Assembly (NCBI GenBank): GCA_964551605.1
Contig: CAZKCV010000001.1
Span: 136,898-200,897 of the forward strand
Length of the DNA stretch: 64,000 nt
DNA from: an uncultured Gammaproteobacteria bacterium
GTDB taxonomy: Bacteria; Patescibacteriota; Microgenomatia; Daviesbacterales; UBA10151
Direction of reading: 5' to 3'
Shown piece after piece: positions 58,166 to 64,000 of the stretch (position 1 is its first letter; every line of letters starts with the position of its first letter). A program made the translations under genes and the position numbers. The notes below the pieces were generated by a model. The model was not told the origin of the DNA, did no database searches, and saw only the letters and a program-made list of their open reading frames with translations.

Positions 58166-61100
58166 TTAAGATGGAATAACCAATACGGCATTGTTCATGG
58201 GAGTATAACGCTCAAAATAAGAAATATCGCCCCCCAGACTGTCGCTGTATTCGTAAGGGTTAAAGCTTTGGGGTATAAAAATCTGGACATCTTTTGTCTC
58301 ATAGCGGAATCCGTTTTTCTTGGCTTCAGTTGACAAAAACGGGATGGTATGCGAATGATCCGAACCGCTTCCCACCATTTGTTCACCGCTGACCACCAAG
58401 ACCGCTCCGGTTGCCCGGGCTTTAGCCAAGGCCATCCGAACCACTAAATTATATACCTGCGATATTTCAGACGTGGTGTAAATAGGTTCCAATAAAATAG
58501 CCGGTTTTTGGCCGCCTTCTACTTGAAGGTTAGTCAATTTAATCACGGAGCGTGCCAAAATTTCTTTATTGTTACCTTCTACATTAATAACCCGCTTATT
58601 GGCATCGGCAACGTAAGCAGGCAAACAGTAATTATGGCTTCCTGCCCTCCAGCTTTGGCAGGTTTCTCTAGGTTCAACACCGACGTTTAAAAGAACAAAA
58701 GGGTCATCGCTGTCATAAGCTTTCAACTCCTCAACTCTAGCCAATTCTTTTTGGGTCGTTAGAACCTGTGATATCTGATCCAAATCTTGTTGGGCCTGCT
58801 CAAGGTTGCCCAAGGAATTTAAGGCATTTTTTGTTCTGCTGATAATTTCTAAAATTTTAACCGGTTGCAACTGGTCCGGAGAAAGAGATTCCAACCCGAT
58901 CATCCCCTCTAAAACTTGTAGCTCCAAATCAACTGAGTGCTTCTTCATACCCAGCTCTTTTTTTGCTTCTATATCCACTGGTCCATCCTTAAGGTCTTTG
59001 ATTAATTGACTGCGCGTCAGTTGCAATACCCTTATCCTGTCTTCGGAAAAATCCAGCCTGTAAACTTCTGCAATATGGGCTTTAGATTCCTGGACAATTC
59101 TTTTAATAGCCTCAACCGCGCCTTTTCTTGCTTCTTCTTGCTTTTGCATTTTTATTGTTACCCGCAACTCTTCAACAGGTTCTAACCACGCCTGCCTTTT
59201 GTCCTCTGGAAGAGCAGCAAGTTGGGCTACTGACGTTGGCAGGTTATTTCTCCACTCTTTAAAATCACCCAAAATAATGTGCCTGCCAATCTCCCGGGCC
59301 GCATGTTTGGTATTATCCTCTCTTTTTTCGTATTGAGCTAAAAGAGCCGGAATTATTTCAAAAGTCTTATTTTCCAAAAGATAAGGAAGCCGTTCCCGCA
59401 AGGATGGTAACTCTTCCTCGGAAATTTCCATTTTTTCTTTGGCTGCCTGAACAGCCTTTTCTTTAAGATCGGCAATAATTTCATTCAAGCTTCCCCTTAC
59501 TTCAAAACCAAAAACGCCGAAAGCATCCAAAGAACGCATCCATTGGAAGATTTCCTTGATTCGCGCGGGATCTTCTCTGGTCCCGCGGGCCACATTTAGG
59601 ATGGACCCCAAAATTCCCCCGCCGTTTTCCTTGGTAGTGAGGAATAAAAGTCCTTCTGCAAAGCTGGCGCGGGCAAAAAAACCTTTTTGCAAGTCTTTTG
59701 ATTGATAAATTAAGGCAAGTTTTTCTAAAGATTCAGGCTTTAAAGATAATCCTTCGCGGGCAATCAAACTGGGAAAGGAAAAATAGTTTTGATCTTTCGG
59801 GCTAACTAAGGCATTAAAAAGAAGCGGGTTAGTCATCCTCCAGTCAACCAATTTACTCTTGGCCATTGTTGTTACGACTTCGGGAAGGTTTTGAAGAAGC
59901 AGTTGGTCGATTTGTTCTGTTTGGCTCCACTCACCAAAGTTTCCTAAAAAATAAGCCTGTAAAGTTCTTTCGTCAAGTTTTACTCCTGAAGTCTCGGCTA
60001 TTCTAGCAGCCAGTTTTACAAGTTCCCCGTAAGCCAGATGGCTTTCAGCGCTTTGAATACAGAGTGCCATAGTATAGCCATCGTTACCTTGAAGGGCTTG
60101 CTTTATTACCGGAGCCGAATTTATAAACCATTCATTAACAACACGCCTCTCCAAAAGAGGCAAGCCTGCTAGAACTTCACTTAGTTCTTCTTTAGAAAGA
60201 GGTTCCTTGACAATAGCAGAAATAGTTTTTACCACTACCGCACTGGTATGGCCTGACCCAAACATCCTTAGGTGTTTAATTAAACCAGGAATGGCCCGGG
60301 GGTCTTTCAGTGAATAAAAAACACTGGCAACTCCTGAACCATCCCAGCTTTCACGGCCGCCCTCATATAGCTGCTCAAAAAACCTTTTTTCAACTACATC
60401 ATAAAGCGTGTGCGTCTGGTCCAGGGTCGCATCAATCCTATCCCACTCTTCCCATTGTTCAGAATTAAAACTCCGCCGTACACTCTCAATTGCCCCATTA
60501 AGATAATAATCGTCAGAAGCAGTATCAACAATCTTTGGAAAATTCGGCAGATAGACTCCATCCCTGGATAAACTATAGGAATCATGATAAAAAGGATTAA
60601 CCAATGCTTGGTATTGGTTTCGCAAAGCAGGATCTGCGGTTACTACTGCCAATTCTCTTAAACTTTTAAGAAGATCGTTCGGCTTACCGGAAACTTCAGG
60701 ATCAGTTTCTTTGTATTTGATCGGTAAATTTGTTCTGGCCAGTGCGTCTTCTTCAAAAAGCCTCGCCCCTTCTCTTGCTATCCAGTATTCCAGGATGTTT
60801 TGGGAAAGCCTGGAAGTCTTTTGTGTTAACTTCAACAATCCAGCGCTTTTTTCTTTGTCTTGAGGAGAGATGATTTGGTTTAAGAAAAGTTCAAGAAGAT
60901 ATAGGTCTTTAAAGTCTTTTTCCGCGCTTGCCAGTTGCTCCTCTATTTCATCGGACGTAAAATTGGCATCTAATGCATTTTTCTTTTCTTCAAACATACC
61001 GCCCAAAAGTGCAGTCAGCTTCTCTTCATTCACCCGATATCCTAAGCCTGCAGGAGAAACCATATCCTGGGGAACAAGATTATGTCTTCGGAAGACTTCG

Positions 61101-61243
61101 TTCATTTCATCACGGTTGACTAATTGCGGGTGTGACTCAATATTTCTGTATCCAGCAATTATCCCGTTCAATCTTGCCAGATTGTTGGTCAGTGGAGGTT
61201 GTTCTTGCTCGTGATTAGCACCATCAAAACCTGCTTCAGCCAT
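58166..61243 (-). CDS. Large hypothetical cytoplasmic protein (1025 aa)
   Basis: Long uninterrupted ORF, predominantly helical, no TM and no recognisable catalytic motif. Confidence 0.5.
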   Translation of the reverse strand: MAEAGFDGANHEQEQPPLTNNLARLNGIIAGYRNIESHPQLVNRDEMNEVFRRHNLVPQDMVSPAGLGYRVNEEKLTALLGGMFEEKKNALDANFTSDEIEEQLASAEKDFKDLYLLELFLNQIISPQDKEKSAGLLKLTQKTSRLSQNILEYWIAREGARLFEEDALARTNLPIKYKETDPEVSGKPNDLLKSLRELAVVTADPALRNQYQALVNPFYHDSYSLSRDGVYLPNFPKIVDTASDDYYLNGAIESVRRSFNSEQWEEWDRIDATLDQTHTLYDVVEKRFFEQLYEGGRESWDGSGVASVFYSLKDPRAIPGLIKHLRMFGSGHTSAVVVKTISAIVKEPLSKEELSEVLAGLPLLERRVVNEWFINSAPVIKQALQGNDGYTMALCIQSAESHLAYGELVKLAARIAETSGVKLDERTLQAYFLGNFGEWSQTEQIDQLLLQNLPEVVTTMAKSKLVDWRMTNPLLFNALVSPKDQNYFSFPSLIAREGLSLKPESLEKLALIYQSKDLQKGFFARASFAEGLLFLTTKENGGGILGSILNVARGTREDPARIKEIFQWMRSLDAFGVFGFEVRGSLNEIIADLKEKAVQAAKEKMEISEEELPSLRERLPYLLENKTFEIIPALLAQYEKREDNTKHAAREIGRHIILGDFKEWRNNLPTSVAQLAALPEDKRQAWLEPVEELRVTIKMQKQEEARKGAVEAIKRIVQESKAHIAEVYRLDFSEDRIRVLQLTRSQLIKDLKDGPVDIEAKKELGMKKHSVDLELQVLEGMIGLESLSPDQLQPVKILEIISRTKNALNSLGNLEQAQQDLDQISQVLTTQKELARVEELKAYDSDDPFVLLNVGVEPRETCQSWRAGSHNYCLPAYVADANKRVINVEGNNKEILARSVIKLTNLQVEGGQKPAILLEPIYTTSEISQVYNLVVRMALAKARATGAVLVVSGEQMVGSGSDHSHTIPFLSTEAKKNGFRYETKDVQIFIPQSFNPYEYSDSLGGDISYFERYTPMNNAVLVIPS

Positions 61244-61293
61244 ATCTTAACCATAGCAAAACCATTTACTAAAAACAAACTTTCAGGGAAATC

Positions 61294-61689
61294 TTATCTT
61301 TCCAGCACAACCCAACCTCTGAGGTCTGTTTTTTTGATTTTAATAGGAGAAGTAATAAAGCGGGATGAATCTCCGATGAAAATCAAGGTCGCATATCTAC
61401 AATAAGACCTATTAGACCAATAAGTCTTATCAACAGCCAAATCTCGCCCGTATTCTTTCTTAATCCGGGCCAGGTCTTCTCCCGAAAGGCCGTCATAAAA
61501 GATCACTTTTTTTACCCGAAACTGGCCGATTATTTCTTTGCCGGAAGGCTTTATATAAACCAAATCTCCCCGGGAAATTAAGCCGAAAGGCGGATTTTTG
61601 ACCCGGGAAAAACGGGACTCAATGGTTTTTTTACCGGATAATATCCACTCCCCCGCTTCCCCCTTAAAAATAGCCAGATGTCTTTTCAT
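61294..61689 (-). CDS. ASCH (PUA-like) domain protein
   Basis: ILSGKKTIESRF...GDLVYIK matches the ASCH beta-barrel N-terminal pattern. Confidence 0.5.
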   Translation of the reverse strand: MKRHLAIFKGEAGEWILSGKKTIESRFSRVKNPPFGLISRGDLVYIKPSGKEIIGQFRVKKVIFYDGLSGEDLARIKKEYGRDLAVDKTYWSNRSYCRYATLIFIGDSSRFITSPIKIKKTDLRGWVVLER

Positions 61690-61860
61690 TAAAGTAACTT
61701 TCTTCTGTCATCCCCCGATTAAATCGGGGGATCCATACAAATAATTGGTATAGATTCCTGCTTTCGCAGGAATGACAACGGAATTTTTCATTATTGCAAT
61801 TATACTACTACCTTTGTTATACTTGATACGTTCATGTAAACTGAACGTATCTTGACAAAT

Positions 61861-61887
61861 GGGTCTAAATATAGACCCTTTTTTTAT
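61861..61887 (+). terminator. Hairpin gggtcta-aata-tagaccc followed by T7 run, immediately 5' of the secE start
   Basis: Perfect 7-bp stem plus TTTTTTT. Could be a terminator or attenuator-like element ahead of secE-nusG-rplKA. Confidence 0.35.
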
Positions 61888-62080
61888 GCCTAATATATTT
61901 GGATTTCTAAATGAAGTTAAAGAAGAATTAGCTAAGGTAACCTGGCCCAGCCGGGAAGAAACTGTCCGTTATACGGTTCTGGTTATCCTGGTCGCGGCTG
62001 TGGTTGGTTTGTTCTTAGGTGGCCTGGATTATATCCTAACCAGCATTACCACCTTTATAATAGGAAACTATGGACGATAA
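61886..62080 (+). CDS. secE: Preprotein translocase subunit SecE
   Basis: 64 aa. TWPSREETVRYTVLVILVAAVVGLFLGGLDYIL single TM. Start trimmed to MPNIFG. Confidence 0.8.
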   Translation: MPNIFGFLNEVKEELAKVTWPSREETVRYTVLVILVAAVVGLFLGGLDYILTSITTFIIGNYGR

Positions 62081-62987
62081 AAATCAAAAAACAGAAGAAA
62101 AAGTTTCAGAAGTAACAGACGCTTCTGAGGAACCTGTTGTAGAAGAAACCACTGAATCAAATCAGCCGGAAGAGGCTTCCTCTCCTGTCATTGCGAGTGA
62201 AACCGAAGGTGAAACGAAGCAATCTTCCACGGATGAAGAAGATCGCCACGTCGTCCCGCAAAGCGGGACTCCTCGCGATGACGAAGAAATAAACAAAGAC
62301 GAAGCCGTAGTAGAAGAATCTACAAAAGAACCTGAAGCGCAAGTAAACGAACCAGGTGAGACTCCAGCTGCCGAAGAACCAACTACATCCGATGAGCCTA
62401 CTCCAGCCACCCACGAGTCGACTGAACCACAAGAATCCGCCTCCCCTACCAAAAATGATAATCCTAATGCCAAATGGTATGTTGTTCATACCTATTCCGG
62501 CCATGAAAACAAGGTGGCCCATACCTTAAAACAGCGGGTAGAATCCGAGCATCTGGAAGAGAAAATCCTGGAAATCCTGGTTCCCATGCAGGATAAAATT
62601 GAAATCAAAGGCGGCAAAAAGGTTAATGTCAAGGAAAAAATCTTCCCCGGCTATATTTTGGTCAAGATGGTCCTGGATGATATCTCCTGGCTGGTTGTCA
62701 GGACTACCCAGGGAGTAACTGCTTTTGTCGGTATAGGCAATAAACCCACTCCAATTTCTGAGGCTGAAGTACAAACTATTGTTAAATTTACCCAAACAGA
62801 AGCTCCAATGTACAAACAAGTGTTTGCCGTATCTGATGCGGTTAAAATCGTAGACGGCCCGTTTGCTGATTTTATTGGTAAAATCGACAGTGTTGATGAA
62901 GAAAAAGGTAAAGTCCGGGTCCTGGTTTCCATCTTTGGTAGGGAAACCCCGGTTGAGTTGGACTTTTTGCAAGTTCAGAAATTATAA
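62070..62987 (+). CDS. nusG: Transcription antiterminator NusG with ~125-aa acidic N-terminal extension
   Basis: NGN domain KWYVVHTYSGHENKV and KOW domain KIVDGPFADFIGKI. The extension contains a palindromic repeat in frame. Confidence 0.85.
   Translation: MDDKNQKTEEKVSEVTDASEEPVVEETTESNQPEEASSPVIASETEGETKQSSTDEEDRHVVPQSGTPRDDEEINKDEAVVEESTKEPEAQVNEPGETPAAEEPTTSDEPTPATHESTEPQESASPTKNDNPNAKWYVVHTYSGHENKVAHTLKQRVESEHLEEKILEILVPMQDKIEIKGGKKVNVKEKIFPGYILVKMVLDDISWLVVRTTQGVTAFVGIGNKPTPISEAEVQTIVKFTQTEAPMYKQVFAVSDAVKIVDGPFADFIGKIDSVDEEKGKVRVLVSIFGRETPVELDFLQVQKL
62187..62282. repeat. Family A element in frame in the nusG N-terminal extension
   Basis: About 96 bp. Encodes VIASETEGETKQSS...SGTPRDDEE. 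Confidence 0.75.
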
Positions 62988-63026
62988 GTAACCTAAGTCA
63001 CTTGAGTTACTTAAGAAACTTAAACT

Positions 63027-63452
63027 ATGGCTAAAAAGGTTAAAACATTGATTAAATTAAATATTCCGGCCGGTGAGGCAACTCCGGCTCCCCCGGTTGG
63101 CCCGGCCTTAGGCCAACACGGCTTACCGATCATGGAATTTGTCAAAGCTTACAATGACAAAACTCAGGATAAAAAAGGCAATATTTTACCGGTAGTGATT
63201 ACGGTTTATGAAGACCGGACTTTTTCATTTTTTACTAAAGAGCCGCCGGTGGCGGAAATGATTAAAAAAACTCTAAGCTTAGAAAAAGGTTCCGGCACAG
63301 CCATGAAACAGCCGGTTGGCACTTTATCTTTAGCTCAAGTAAAACAGATAGCAGAAGCCAAACTACCGGATTTGAACACAAAAGATGTTCAGGCTGCCAT
63401 GAAAATTGTCGAAGGCACTGCCAAAAGTATGGGAGTGAAAATTAGTGGGTAG
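63027..63452 (+). CDS. rplK: 50S ribosomal protein L11
   Basis: [23 protein letters not shown] motif. Confidence 0.9.
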   Translation: MAKKVKTLIKLNIPAGEATPAPPVGPALGQHGLPIMEFVKAYNDKTQDKKGNILPVVITVYEDRTFSFFTKEPPVAEMIKKTLSLEKGSGTAMKQPVGTLSLAQVKQIAEAKLPDLNTKDVQAAMKIVEGTAKSMGVKISG

Positions 63453-63508
63453 GTTTTAGGTGATAGGTTATAGATTAAAACTATAAGCTACAACCAAAGG
63501 GAGCACAA

Positions 63509-64000
63509 ATGGGACGACCAAGATTAAAAATTATTGATGATGCACAGGAAGAAACTGAAGAGAAGCTTTCCAAAAAGAAAGCTAAAAAGCCGGAAATAAA
63601 GACTGAAGCATCAATTCCAGACGTCATTGCGAGCGACGCCGAAGGCGGAACGAAGCAATCCAACTCGGAAGAAACTCCCACCCAGATTGCTTCGTCGCAG
63701 ACTCCTCGCAATGACAAAGAGAAGAAAGCCCGAAAACCCGGCAAAGCCAAGCCCCGATCCAAAAAGTATCAAGAAGTTGTCAAAGACCTGGACAAAACCA
63801 AGGCTTATCCCCTTTCCGAAGCAGTTGAGCTGGTTAAGAAACTTTCCTACTCTAAATTTGATGGTAGTCTGGAAGCCCATGTCAACACTGCACAAACCGG
63901 AATCCGTGGTTTAGTCTCCTTGCCCTATGCTGCCGGTAGGAAACTGCGCATCTTGGCTTTTGGCAAAGGAGCGGAAACTTCAGGGGCTGACACGGTTGGT
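63509..64000 (+). CDS. rplA: 50S ribosomal protein L1 (partial at 3' end, with ~80-aa Lys-rich N-terminal extension)
   Basis: Core SKKYQEVVKDLDKTKAYPLSEAVELVKK...LPYAAGRKLRILAFGKG. Runs off the window. Not in the ORF track because no stop codon is reached. Confidence 0.8.
   Translation, partial: MGRPRLKIIDDAQEETEEKLSKKKAKKPEIKTEASIPDVIASDAEGGTKQSNSEETPTQIASSQTPRNDKEKKARKPGKAKPRSKKYQEVVKDLDKTKAYPLSEAVELVKKLSYSKFDGSLEAHVNTAQTGIRGLVSLPYAAGRKLRILAFGKGAETSGADTVG
63623..63715. repeat. Family A element in frame in the rplA N-terminal extension
   Basis: Encodes VIASDAEGGTKQSNSEETPTQIASSQTPRND. Confidence 0.75.

Noticed and set aside
41050-61700. Prophage or integrative element with integrase
   Set aside because: No integrase, recombinase, transposase (DDE) or phage structural genes were recognisable. 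The island interpretation rests only on tRNA adjacency, TA modules and composition.
526-62972. Numerous track ORFs antisense to or nested within confident genes (for example 526-750, 1478-1666, 5083-5361, 10809-11054, 24884-25111, 43540-43926, 62157-62522, 62526-62972)
   Set aside because: They overlap well-supported conserved genes on the opposite strand or in another frame, have low-complexity translations and have no independent signals.
63627-63914. 95-aa ORF from the track overlapping the rplA region
   Set aside because: It is in the wrong frame. The +1 frame from ATG 63509 encodes a clear L1 core (LPYAAGRKLRILAFGKG) and continues past the window end.
1-64000. CRISPR array
   Set aside because: The repeats present are dispersed palindromes and short tandem heptamers. 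There is no series of regularly spaced direct repeats with unique spacers, and no cas genes.

Overview
AT-rich (~40% GC) bacterial window, densely packed with housekeeping genes, mostly on the minus strand. The short versions of several core proteins (EF-Ts 151 aa, Fmt 238 aa, trigger factor 359 aa, ProRS 413 aa) suggest a reduced-genome, CPR/Patescibacteria-like organism; this cannot be verified without a database. Gene order from 0 to 41 kb: recR-ybaB, folD-glyA, a split FNR/ferric-reductase-like pair, dnaX, ybeY-yqeY-rpsU, HIT, tig, proS, rseP-frr-tsf-rpsB, a contiguous dTMP-synthesis block (folA-thyA-dcd-dcd-(unknown)-tmk), pyrG, topA, an unusual membrane-anchored ClpC-like AAA+ locus, dprA, mrdA-mreD-mreC, pyrF-pyrE, pyrD, mreB, a VIT transporter, a leaderless HTH regulator, a radical-SAM/SPASM enzyme divergent from a Wzy_C+TPR membrane protein, and def-fmt. 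From about 41 kb to 61.7 kb the sequence is a compositionally mosaic accessory region (local GC 45-60%) bracketed by two tRNA-Thr genes and tRNA-Trp. It carries toxin-antitoxin modules (vapBC, a vapBC remnant, orphan HigA-like antitoxins), CDF/MFS/EamA transporters, LuxR- and PaaX-type regulators, a GH1 beta-glucosidase, a VanW-like protein, a GC-rich PBP1A, a 1025-aa unknown protein and an ASCH-domain gene. The canonical secE-nusG-rplK-rplA cluster follows. The most striking signal is a family of ~75-110 bp palindromic repeats (gtcattgcgagg ... cctcgcaatgac, built around GCGAAGC-type mini-hairpins). Copies sit intergenically and also in frame inside essential genes (dnaX, topA, the nusG and rplA N-termini), in the manner of Rickettsia palindromic elements. 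There are also many heptanucleotide tandem repeats inside coding regions and immediately upstream of the PBP1A start. Coordinates I derived by hand are approximate to within about 2 nt.
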